Source of the DNA: Pseudomonadota bacterium
Lineage (GTDB): Bacteria; UBA10199; 2-02-FULL-44-16; JAAZCA01
Length of the DNA: 64,000 bases
Direction of reading: 5' to 3'
NCBI GenBank assembly: GCA_043798915.1
Contig: JAZDOG010000100.1
Location: 1-64,000, forward strand
A program made the position numbers and the translations under genes. Below the pieces are notes generated by a model, which had not been told where the DNA came from, did no database searches, and saw only the letters and a program-made list of their open reading frames with translations. Of the stretch, positions 19,139 to 27,685 are shown in pieces; the stretch's first letter is position 1, and the number at the start of each line of letters is the position of its first letter.

Positions 19139-19380
19139 TGACCCGGAAAAAGGTGTCCGATTTGAACACCGGCTCTTTGAGGCCGGACTTTTTCATGAGT
19201 GAGCGCATCCTTCCTATGCCGGAACCAATGCGCTCCATCTTGTCCATGCGGTGAAACAAGTCCGCGCGAATTGGCCAGCGCCACAATATCGCGATCAATT
19301 TTGGACGTGTATTTTTCCTTGAGCTCGACCGTCAAACCTTCGCCTTCTTTGATCGTAAGACTTAATTCCTCGAGCCTCAT
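19139..19380 (-). pseudogene. Internally deleted AlbA_2/Schlafen-HATPase (RecG C-terminal-like) gene
   Basis: N-terminal EGEGLTVELKE...IVALANSRG is joined out of frame to C-terminal ADLFHRMDKMERIGSGIGRM...EPVF. Confidence 0.75.
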
Positions 19381-19391
19381 ATGAAGTTCCT

Positions 19392-19532
19392 TTACAATGT
19401 TTCGAATATCATCCGAAAGCCCTGACCAATGTGCCAATAGGCAATAACCTGCGTTGTGTCCACGTCACGGGCGACCTTTTTTCGCGCCTGGGTTATTACC
19501 TCGGTGATATAAGTCAAAAGCGTGGTTTTCAT
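19392..19532 (-). pseudogene. N-terminal fragment of a DUF1016/YhcG-family protein
   Basis: Hand translation MKTTLLTYITEVITQARKKVARDVDTTQVIAYWHIG, then early stop. Confidence 0.65.
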
Positions 19533-19595
19533 CGGCTCTGACATGAGAACTGTCCTATGTCCAGACTTGACCCCTTTACAGACTTGACCCCTTTA
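19521..19595. repeat. 58-bp direct repeat, copy 2, plus 17-bp tandem duplication of its 3' end
   Basis: Copy at 19521-19578; cagacttgaccccttta at 19562-19578 and again at 19579-19595. Confidence 0.9.
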
Positions 19596-19748
19596 TTTCT
19601 TTGGGCGGGCGACAGGGATGAAATAGGCGCTGATCCGGCGTTCTTCAACAATTTCATTTGTAATGCCGTCTTCGGTGAAACGGAAATGTTGTTTCGGCTC
19701 TTCGTACGGCGAATTCAGAATCGGATTTTCGATGGTGACTTGTTTCAT
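19593..19748 (-). pseudogene. N-terminal fragment of a type III restriction (Res/helicase)-like protein
   Basis: Hand translation MKQVTIENPILNSPYEEPKQHFRFTEDGITNEIVEERRISAYFIPVARPKK*; the stop codon lies inside the repeat. Confidence 0.7.
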
Positions 19749-19995
19749 GAGATTGGCGGGTAAAGCACCTTTCCAGCAGTTCTATAAGGAACCTGCCGTT
19801 CACTTATCAAGCGGTATTCAATAAAACTTTTCCAGTGAGGGGGACAAATGAATGGTTATTCACCCCCCATGTCAATCAATGTCATCCCCTTGATAAATTT
19901 AGCAATTCATACACCGCCGGGTGAGACAGCGCAACGCCTCGCTTTGAGCCGGTCTGTGGGGTTCTGCCGGGCCTGCTGCGGATCGCTGCGCCCTC

Positions 19996-21696
19996 TTATT
20001 TCTGAGTGGACCCGGCGCTGATGCGCCGGCTCTTTTCGAGCCAGTCTTCGGCGGTGGCCGGGTCACCTCGCTTGCGGGCGGCATCGGCAAGCTGCTCGTA
20101 CGCGGAGAAGTAGGCCGGGTTGATCTCGATGGTGCGCTTCCACATCTTCTCCGCATCGTCGGCCCTGCCCGTGTTGTAGTAGAGGTTGCCGAGGTTGAAG
20201 TGGACGTCGTCGTAGTTCGGGTTCTGCTCTATCTCCTTCAAGTACTCCGCCTCGGCCTCGGCCATCATCCCCTTGGTCGCGTAGATGAGCCCGACGTTGC
20301 CATGAGCCATCTTCTCTTCGGGATTGAACTCGATCGACTTCTTGAAGAGCGCCAGGGCGTCGTCCAGCCTGCTGTGGTAGTAATATATCGCGCCGAGGCC
20401 CCTCTGCGCCAGCGGCGAGTGCGGCGAGTGCCCCGCTGCGTTCTCCCAGAAGTTGAGCCCGTCCTTGAAGGTGTCCATGTAGAAGAAAGTCCCGACGGCC
20501 AGCGCCGCGGCGAGGAGGAGCGCCACTCCCTCCTTGATCCGCGCAAAATCCCCAAGGTCGATGTCGCGTATCCACTCGACCTCGAGGAGCACGAAGGCGA
20601 GCCCCACGGCCGGCAGGTAGGCGCGGTGGCCGATGAGGTAGGTCGGCGTATCCGGGTCGGGCTGGATGAATGTGGGCCACAGAAACAGGACGAACCAGAG
20701 CGTCCCGAACGCGACGAACGAGTTCCTCCTCGACCGCGAAAAAATCAAGAGGCCGCAGACGATCGCGAGCGAGATCGCGCCCAGCAGCAGGTTCTCATCC
20801 CGGGGGATGGTCAGCACCGCCAGCGAAAAGGGAAGGACCAGCTTGCCGAGGTAGAGCATGAGGTGCGGCAGGCCCTGCCCGAGCGAGATGGCTATGGCGT
20901 CGATCGTGTATGGGATCGGGTGCGAAAAGGCCGCCGCGCGCATCAAGCGCCAGGCGACGATGATTATGGCCCACCAGATCATCGGCGTCACGATCTTGAT
21001 CGAAAAGATGCGCCTGCCGCGAATGAACTTGGCGTAGATGAGGCACATGAGCGTTATGAACAGGGCCTGCTCCTTCGTGAAGAGGGCCAGCGCGAAAAAG
21101 ACGAGGTGCGGAAAGATGCCAAAGCGCTTAGAGCCAAGGTGTCGGATGAAGAAGAGGAAGGAGGCGAGGGCGAGAATCGCCATGAGCGAGTCGTTTCGCC
21201 CGGGCACCCATGCCACCGCCTGTGACATCGCAGGGTGGACGGCAAAGATGAGCGCCGCTGCGAACGACGGGACCGGGCGGTGGGTCGTGCACACGAGCAC
21301 CCTGAAGAGGAGGCACACGAAGGCCGCGTGCGCGATCACGCTCGTGAGGTGGTAGACGAAGATGTCGCCGCCGAGGGCCTCGTCGATCATGAGCGATATG
21401 GTGAAGATGGGGCGGTAGAAGGCCTCCCCCAGGTGCGAGCTGAAGACGTCGCGCCTGAAGGCCTCGAAGATGTTCGAGAGGCGCCCGATCAAGTATGAGT
21501 TGTTGATGATGAGCCCGTCGTCGTCGAGATAAGTGAGGCCGAAGAAGAGGGCCTTCGAGTAGAGCGCGAAGATCAGCGCCGCGAGGATCGCGTACGGGTA
21601 CCAGGAGGATGTGAGGACGGATTCGAAGCTTTCGGGCGATTTGTTTTTTATTGCCGGCGGCGACATCTTCAGTCGTTTTATAGTCGCCTGTGTCAC
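19996..21696 (-). CDS. TMTC-like GT-C membrane glycosyltransferase with C-terminal TPRs
   Basis: LDDD after TM1, YRPI, FAVHP, GRND, KE, HRAYLP, then TPRs (HFNLG). Confidence 0.8.
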   Translation of the reverse strand: MTQATIKRLKMSPPAIKNKSPESFESVLTSSWYPYAILAALIFALYSKALFFGLTYLDDDGLIINNSYLIGRLSNIFEAFRRDVFSSHLGEAFYRPIFTISLMIDEALGGDIFVYHLTSVIAHAAFVCLLFRVLVCTTHRPVPSFAAALIFAVHPAMSQAVAWVPGRNDSLMAILALASFLFFIRHLGSKRFGIFPHLVFFALALFTKEQALFITLMCLIYAKFIRGRRIFSIKIVTPMIWWAIIIVAWRLMRAAAFSHPIPYTIDAIAISLGQGLPHLMLYLGKLVLPFSLAVLTIPRDENLLLGAISLAIVCGLLIFSRSRRNSFVAFGTLWFVLFLWPTFIQPDPDTPTYLIGHRAYLPAVGLAFVLLEVEWIRDIDLGDFARIKEGVALLLAAALAVGTFFYMDTFKDGLNFWENAAGHSPHSPLAQRGLGAIYYYHSRLDDALALFKKSIEFNPEEKMAHGNVGLIYATKGMMAEAEAEYLKEIEQNPNYDDVHFNLGNLYYNTGRADDAEKMWKRTIEINPAYFSAYEQLADAARKRGDPATAEDWLEKSRRISAGSTQK

Positions 21697-21739
21697 AGGT
21701 CAAGCCTGATTATTGCGTTTGCGTTCTTGCTTAACATTT

Positions 21740-21897
21740 GTAACTGTTCAGCAATGCGTATTTCAATATTCTCCCTCCCTTGATGGGAGGGAGTCAGAGG
21801 GAGGGTGACCCTGCGAATTTCTTTCGCCCGGTTGACATTGTCACCCTCACCCTGACCCTCTCCCCTCAAGGGAGAGGGAAAAAAGGCGAAGGAGTTC
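21740..21897. repeat. REP/MITE-like element, family A copy 1
   Basis: ctccctcccttgatgggagggag...caccctcaccctgaccctctcccctcaagggagaggg; near-identical to 52895-53005. Confidence 0.85.
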
Positions 21898-21902
21898 ACT
21901 GC

Positions 21903-22952
21903 ATGAGTGTACAGAGGAAAAAGACGATCCTGGTCACGGGCGGCGCCGGGTTCATCGGCAGCCATTTCGTCGAGCTCGCTATCGGAACGGGCAGGAGGGT
22001 GGTCGTTCTCGACGCCTTCACCTACGCCGGCCACAGGGAGAATCTTGAGCACATCCCGGAATCGGATGATTATCACCTGATCCACGGCGATATTCGGGAC
22101 GCCGAACTCCTTTCGAAACTCTTCCAAAAGCATCGCGTCGACGAGATCATCAACCTGGCCGCCGAGACCCATGTGGACAGGTCGATAGAGGACGCAGCCC
22201 TGTTCCTCCACACCAACGTCGTTGGGACGTTCAATCTGCTGCGCACCGCCCTCTCCTGCTGGGAGAGCCTCGATGAGGCCGGGCGAGAGGCCTTCCGCTT
22301 CGTTCAGGTCTCCACCGACGAGGTCTTTGGCTCGCTGGGGTCGGCTGGAAAATTCGACGAGAGATCGCCTGTGCAGCCTCGGTCGCCCTATTCAGCGTCC
22401 AAGGCCGGCGCGGACCACCTCGTGAGCGCCTGGCACAGCACCTATGGCCTGCCTGTAATCACGACCCATTGCTCGAACAACTACGGGCCGAGGCAGCACC
22501 CTGAAAAACTGATCCCTCACATGATCACGCAGGCCCTGGAGGGCAGGCCATTGCCTGTCTACGGCGACGGGCGAAATGTCAGGGATTGGATCCACGTCGA
22601 GGACCACTGCCGCGGGCTCATCCTAGCGCTTGAACGAGGCGTGCCCGGCCATCGCTATTGTTTCGGCGGCGGCGAAGAGTGGGCGAACATAGATCTCGTC
22701 AAACTCATCTGCGGCGAGCTCGACCGCCTGCACCCTCGCAGCGACGGGAGAAGACACGAGGAGGGGATTGAATTCGTGAAGGACCGCCTCGGGCACGACC
22801 GCCGCTATGCCATCGACGACTCCCTGGCCAGGCGCGAATTGGGATTTTCCTGCAGCCATGAGTTCCGCGATGGCATCGCAGCGACGGTAAAATGGTATGT
22901 CGAAAACCAGGGCTGGTGCACGAAGGTGCTCTCAAAAGGAGGCTCCGCATGA
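21903..22952 (+). CDS. rfbB: dTDP-glucose 4,6-dehydratase
   Basis: VTGGAGFIGS, LAAETHVDRSI, STDEVFG, PYSASK, GHDRRYAID. Confidence 0.95.
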   Translation: MSVQRKKTILVTGGAGFIGSHFVELAIGTGRRVVVLDAFTYAGHRENLEHIPESDDYHLIHGDIRDAELLSKLFQKHRVDEIINLAAETHVDRSIEDAALFLHTNVVGTFNLLRTALSCWESLDEAGREAFRFVQVSTDEVFGSLGSAGKFDERSPVQPRSPYSASKAGADHLVSAWHSTYGLPVITTHCSNNYGPRQHPEKLIPHMITQALEGRPLPVYGDGRNVRDWIHVEDHCRGLILALERGVPGHRYCFGGGEEWANIDLVKLICGELDRLHPRSDGRRHEEGIEFVKDRLGHDRRYAIDDSLARRELGFSCSHEFRDGIAATVKWYVENQGWCTKVLSKGGSA

Positions 22953-23827
22953 AGGGCATCATTCTCGCCGGAGGTCTGGGCACGAGGCTCTACCCGCTCA
23001 CGCAGTCGGTCAGCAAACAGCTCCTCCCGGTCTACGACAAGCCGGTGATCTATTATCCCCTCTCGACGCTCATGCTCGCAGGCATCCGGGACATCCTTGT
23101 CATCAGCACGCCGGGCGACATCGCGCCGATCCAGGGCCTGCTTCGCGACGGCAGCGAACTGGGCCTCTCCTTCACGTATGCCATACAGGCCATGCCCAGG
23201 GGGATAGCGGAGGCATTCGTCATAGGCGAGAAATTCATCGGCGGCGATTCCGTCTGCCTGATCCTCGGCGACAACCTCTTTTACGGCCACGACCTGCCGC
23301 AGATCCTCCAGAAGCACAATGGCCTGAATCGTGGCGCAGTCGTCTTTGCATATCACGTGGAAGATCCGACTCGTTACGGAGTCATCGAGATCGATCAGAA
23401 GGGCAAGCCGTTGAAGCTCGTCGAAAAACCGAAGGATCCGCGGTCGAACTGGGCCGTCACCGGGCTCTATTTCTACGACAATTCGGTCGTCGAGATTGCA
23501 AAGGGCCTCAAGCCTTCGGCCAGGGGTGAACTGGAGATCACCGACATCAACAACCGTTACCTCGAGCGTGGCGAGCTTTCGGTCGAGTTCCTGGGCAGGG
23601 GATACACCTGGCTCGACGCGGGGACTTTCGATTCGCTCATAACCGCGGGGCAGTTCGTGCAGATGATCGAGCAGCGCCAGGGCTTGATGATATCCTGCGT
23701 CGAGGAGATCGCCTACTGCATGAAATTCATCGACCGGGCACAGCTTGAGAAACTGGCCGAACGCTCCAGAAACAGCGGCCATGGCGAGTATCTCAGAAAC
23801 GTCCTCATCGACAAGGCGCGGCCCTGA
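22949..23827 (+). CDS. rfbA: Glucose-1-phosphate thymidylyltransferase
   Basis: MKGIILAGGLGTRLYPLT, SKQLLPVYDKP, PSARGELEITD, WLDAGT. Confidence 0.95.
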   Translation: MKGIILAGGLGTRLYPLTQSVSKQLLPVYDKPVIYYPLSTLMLAGIRDILVISTPGDIAPIQGLLRDGSELGLSFTYAIQAMPRGIAEAFVIGEKFIGGDSVCLILGDNLFYGHDLPQILQKHNGLNRGAVVFAYHVEDPTRYGVIEIDQKGKPLKLVEKPKDPRSNWAVTGLYFYDNSVVEIAKGLKPSARGELEITDINNRYLERGELSVEFLGRGYTWLDAGTFDSLITAGQFVQMIEQRQGLMISCVEEIAYCMKFIDRAQLEKLAERSRNSGHGEYLRNVLIDKARP

Positions 23828-23835
23828 TACCCGAC

Positions 23836-24720
23836 ATGTCCTCCAAAAACTCTCAAAGGATTCTCGTGTGCGGGGCCAGGGGACAGATTGGCAGCGCCCT
23901 CTCCGCGCTCCTGCCCGGTTCGATCGCCGTCAATTCCGGAGAAGCTGATTTTTGTCATCCTGACCGGGTGCTGCGGATGATCGAGGAACTCTCTCCGAAT
24001 GCCGTGTTCAACGCGGCCGCCTACACGCAGGTCGAAAAAGCCGAAGACGAGGAAGAGAAGGCCACTCTCATCAACGCCGTGACGCCGGGCAAAATAGCTG
24101 AATGGTGCGCGAAGAGCGGTGCGACATTCGTGCACTTCTCGACCGACTACGTCTTCAGCGGAGAGGGCGACAGGCCGCGGACCGAAGACGACCCTGCGGG
24201 GCCCGTCAACGCCTACGGCAGGTCGAAGGCGAAGGGAGACGAACTCATCGCCGCCGCTGGCGGCAGATCCCTGATCTTTCGGACATCATGGCTCTATGAC
24301 TGGAGGGGAGATAATTTTTTAAGAAAGATGATCCGGCTGGGCGGAGAACTCGAGGTCGTGCGTGTCGTCGACGACCAGTTCGGCTCGCCAACCTTCGCGC
24401 CCGATCTCGCCAAAGCGGTGGTCGCTGTCCACGAGCAAGCCATGCGAAGCGATCGCTTTCCGAGCGGCGTCTACAATCTCTGCAACAGTGGCGAGACGAC
24501 ATGGTTCGGATTTGCGAAGGCGATATTCGATGCAGCCGCGAAGAGGGGCATCCCCCTCAAGGTGCACCGAGTGGAGTCCCTTTCAACGAAAGAATACGGC
24601 GAGCGAGTGAAACGCCCGAAGAACTCGAGGCTCAACACCGAAAAGGCAAAGCGCGTCTTTGGCGTCTCTCTCCCGACGTGGGAGGAGGGCTTGGCTTCAT
24701 GCATGGAAAGGCTGCCCTGA
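23836..24720 (+). CDS. rfbD: dTDP-4-dehydrorhamnose reductase
   Basis: GARGQIG, NAAAYTQVEKAE, STDYVF, YGRSK, DQFGSPT. Confidence 0.93.
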   Translation: MSSKNSQRILVCGARGQIGSALSALLPGSIAVNSGEADFCHPDRVLRMIEELSPNAVFNAAAYTQVEKAEDEEEKATLINAVTPGKIAEWCAKSGATFVHFSTDYVFSGEGDRPRTEDDPAGPVNAYGRSKAKGDELIAAAGGRSLIFRTSWLYDWRGDNFLRKMIRLGGELEVVRVVDDQFGSPTFAPDLAKAVVAVHEQAMRSDRFPSGVYNLCNSGETTWFGFAKAIFDAAAKRGIPLKVHRVESLSTKEYGERVKRPKNSRLNTEKAKRVFGVSLPTWEEGLASCMERLP

Positions 24721-24731
24721 GCCATGGCTCG

Positions 24732-25502
24732 TCAGGCTTTGGCCTGAATGCGGAGCATTGGATCCGTGCTGAATATCTTCGGATGGACTATTCCCCAGCG
24801 GGCAAGGCGAAAGACGATCGCCGTGGCCAGCACTCCCAACCCGTACTTTAAGCTCCGGCAGAAATTGATCGACGAGGCCTCCGGGAAGTATTTCGTGGGG
24901 CATGTGATCTCGCCGATATCGAAGCCGCTGTAGATCGTCTGTGCAAGCATCTGGTTATCGAAGACGAAGTCGTCGGAGTTGGCGGCCAGCGGCAGTGTAG
25001 TGAGAATGCGCCGCGAGAAAGCCCGGTAGCCGGTGTGGTATTCAGCGAGCTTGTAGCCGACCAGAAAATTTTCGACGAGAGTGAGGAACCGGTTGGAGAT
25101 GTACTTGTAGAGCGGCATTCCGCCGCGGCGCGCGCCGACGCCAAGGATGCGCGAGCCCAGCACGACATCGTAGAGCCCCTGCCCCACCAGCGACGCCATC
25201 GCGGTGATGAGCTTCGGCGTGTACTGGTAGTCCGGATGAAGCATGATGACGATGTCGGCCCCGCGGGAGAGCGCCTCCCGGTAACAGCTCTTCTGGTTGG
25301 CGCCATAGCCGAGATTTTTTTCATGGCGTATGCAGGGAAGGCCCAGCTCCCTGCATACGTCGACCGTGTGGTCGCGGCTCGCATCGTCCACGACCAGAAC
25401 ATCGTCCACTATATCGTGAGGAATCTCTCCGAAGGTCTGCCGGAGCGTCTTTTCGGCGTTGTACGCGGGCATCACTACGGCGACTTTTTTGCCGTGGATC
25501 AT
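24732..25502 (-). CDS. GT2 glycosyltransferase (DPM1-like polyprenol-P-sugar synthase)
   Basis: VVMPAYNAE, VDDASRD, NLGYGANQK, HPDYQY, GSR, HTGYRAF. Confidence 0.88.
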   Translation of the reverse strand: MIHGKKVAVVMPAYNAEKTLRQTFGEIPHDIVDDVLVVDDASRDHTVDVCRELGLPCIRHEKNLGYGANQKSCYREALSRGADIVIMLHPDYQYTPKLITAMASLVGQGLYDVVLGSRILGVGARRGGMPLYKYISNRFLTLVENFLVGYKLAEYHTGYRAFSRRILTTLPLAANSDDFVFDNQMLAQTIYSGFDIGEITCPTKYFPEASSINFCRSLKYGLGVLATAIVFRLARWGIVHPKIFSTDPMLRIQAKA

Positions 25503-26032
25503 CGCTTCTCTCCTTCGCCGGCGCGCTCCGCGATGAGCCTCTTGAAATCCACGGTAAAGGGAGATTCAGGGTCGTCCTCGTGCCTGACCTCGTCGACGGC
25601 GGAGGACCGCCCTTCGCCGCGGTAGAGGCGGTTGGGGATGTTTATCACCTCGCCGGGCTTTTGCGAGACGCAGCAATATGCGTGCACGACGCGCGGCGGG
25701 ACGATGACGACCAGGGGGATCTCGCCGCCCGCGGAGAACACCATGCGGTGGCGATAGGTGGGGCTCTCCTTGCGGTTGTCCCACAAAACTAAAAGGTGCT
25801 CGCCGGGTCCCGGAAAGAAGAAACAATCAGACTGATCGATATGCTCGTGGGGGCCCCTGCTATTTCCGGGTTTCGTGACGGAGAGATATCCCATCGCCGG
25901 GCGATGAACTGGCTCGATCTCATCATCGCGGAAGAACTCCACGAGCCAGCCACGGCTGTCGTCGTGGCGGGAAGGCTTTCTCACGACGACACCCTCGATT
26001 TCACTCGCGCTGATGAAGGAGCTTTCAGTCAT
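25499..26032 (-). CDS. dTDP-4-dehydrorhamnose 3,5-epimerase-family cupin (RfbC-like)
   Basis: IEGVVV, HDDSRGWLVE, RGPHEH, VPPRVVHAY. Confidence 0.8.
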   Translation of the reverse strand: MTESSFISASEIEGVVVRKPSRHDDSRGWLVEFFRDDEIEPVHRPAMGYLSVTKPGNSRGPHEHIDQSDCFFFPGPGEHLLVLWDNRKESPTYRHRMVFSAGGEIPLVVIVPPRVVHAYCCVSQKPGEVINIPNRLYRGEGRSSAVDEVRHEDDPESPFTVDFKRLIAERAGEGEKR

Positions 26033-26133
26033 CTGAATATTCCATGAATACCATCGGCTGCCTTGCCGAACAAGGTGTTTTTTGGGGAATTGCGCCGGGA
26101 TTTGCCTTGTCCTTCGCAGCCAGCCGTAATAAA

Positions 26134-26790
26134 ATGCCGGACATCATGCCAGAGAACGAGTATTATTTCGATTATCTGAAGAAAACCGACAGATTCCCGC
26201 AGTCCGTATATCACCAAGCCAAACATCGCATGGTGGCAGATGCGTTCGGGCAGCTCAAGCCGGGCTCTCTGGTGCTGGACGCATGTTGCGGCGTCGGACA
26301 TATCACGGCCAAATATTGCCAGGACTACTCGATAGTCGGTGTCGACGAGCAGCTTCCAGCCATCGAGCATTGCAGGGGTCATCACAAGGGCGAATACATG
26401 CGCGCTGACGTATGCGACTTGGAATTCGAGGACGATACGTTTGACCTCGCGTTGTTTCTCGATGCCATCGAGCATCTGGTCGAACCCCGGCGTGCGCTAA
26501 AGGAACTGGCCCGCGTGTTGAAACCGGGTTCGCCGATTTTGATATGCACCATGAATTATAAAAACCCCCTGTGGATTGTCCTCGAGCATACATGGCACCG
26601 TTTCTTCGGAGGGCCGTGCAAGCCTTACTCCAGAAACGTCCACCCCACACAGTATACGCCGGACCTGCTGCGGGAGCACTGCAGGGCATTTTTCGAAGAA
26701 ATATATTTAAAAAAGGAAATCCTCGGCATGGAGCTTTTTTTTCTCGGCAGAAAGATTTTGGGAGCGCAGCATGACGTGCCGTCACGGTAG
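26134..26790 (+). CDS. Class I SAM-dependent methyltransferase
   Basis: VLDACCGVG, FDL..FLDAIEHL, RVLKPG; start uncertain (26044/26134/26146). Confidence 0.85.
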   Translation: MPDIMPENEYYFDYLKKTDRFPQSVYHQAKHRMVADAFGQLKPGSLVLDACCGVGHITAKYCQDYSIVGVDEQLPAIEHCRGHHKGEYMRADVCDLEFEDDTFDLALFLDAIEHLVEPRRALKELARVLKPGSPILICTMNYKNPLWIVLEHTWHRFFGGPCKPYSRNVHPTQYTPDLLREHCRAFFEEIYLKKEILGMELFFLGRKILGAQHDVPSR

Positions 26791-27685
26791 CCGCAAGATA
26801 CTGGACACCTTTGGCTCGGAAACACTTTATAAGTGCGACGAGTGCAAAGTCATATTCGCCGAAAGGGCTCTCGAGTCCTTCGACCCCAGGAAGCTGTATG
26901 AAAATTACTATTATTACCGGAACGAGATCGGGGGGAGGTTCGGCCCCTTCGTGGAACTCGTCATAAGGGCGTTTCGTTTTTTCCGAGCCTTCAAGATATT
27001 CACGATAGACCCCAGGGCCAGGAGGATATTGGACATAGGAAGCGGCAGGGGCTTCATGCTGTATTACCTCAAGAAATACTATGGATACAAGAGGACGGTC
27101 GGGACACAGATCTCGAGCAGCGCATATGAGTTTTCGAAGAACAAGCTGGGCCTCGAGATATACGACAAGGACCTTTTGGATCTCCCTTTCGAAAAAAACA
27201 GTTTCGACATAATAACCATGTTGCATGTGCTGGAGCATCTGGCCGACCCTCAGGGCTACATCGAAAGGGTGCGATGGCTTTTGAAAGACGGCGGCAAGCT
27301 GGTCATCGAAGTCCCTAATTTCGGCTCGTGGAGCAGCCGCCTGACGGGCAGGCACTGGCTCGGCCTGGATTTGAATTATCATCTGTATTTTTTCACGCCT
27401 GAATCGCTGACAGCGCTTCTCAAAAAACACGATTTCAAAGTCGGGATGCTGCACACGTTTTCCCTGGAGCACTCGGCGTTCGTGTCGGCGCAGAGCCTTG
27501 CGAGCCTGCTCACCAGGTCGGAGCATCTCTTCTTCAACGCGCTGCAGGCGCCCCGGTTCAGCTTGAGGGCCATACCCGACGTGCTTCTGGTGCTGCTGCT
27601 CATGCCCCTGTGCCTTTTAATCAATGTCGTTCTTTATTTTTCAAAACGGGGCGAGGTGCTGCTGGTCATCGCGGAAAAGGCATAG
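26771..27685 (+). CDS. Class I SAM-dependent methyltransferase with N-terminal Cys motif
   Basis: CDEC, ILDIGSGRG, HVLEHL, IEVPN, HLYFF. Confidence 0.88.
   Translation: MTCRHGSRKILDTFGSETLYKCDECKVIFAERALESFDPRKLYENYYYYRNEIGGRFGPFVELVIRAFRFFRAFKIFTIDPRARRILDIGSGRGFMLYYLKKYYGYKRTVGTQISSSAYEFSKNKLGLEIYDKDLLDLPFEKNSFDIITMLHVLEHLADPQGYIERVRWLLKDGGKLVIEVPNFGSWSSRLTGRHWLGLDLNYHLYFFTPESLTALLKKHDFKVGMLHTFSLEHSAFVSAQSLASLLTRSEHLFFNALQAPRFSLRAIPDVLLVLLLMPLCLLINVVLYFSKRGEVLLVIAEKA

Noticed and set aside
19076..19578. 58-bp repeats as a CRISPR array or integron attC sites
   Set aside because: Only two copies, 445 bp apart; no cas genes, no integrase, no clear attC core sites.
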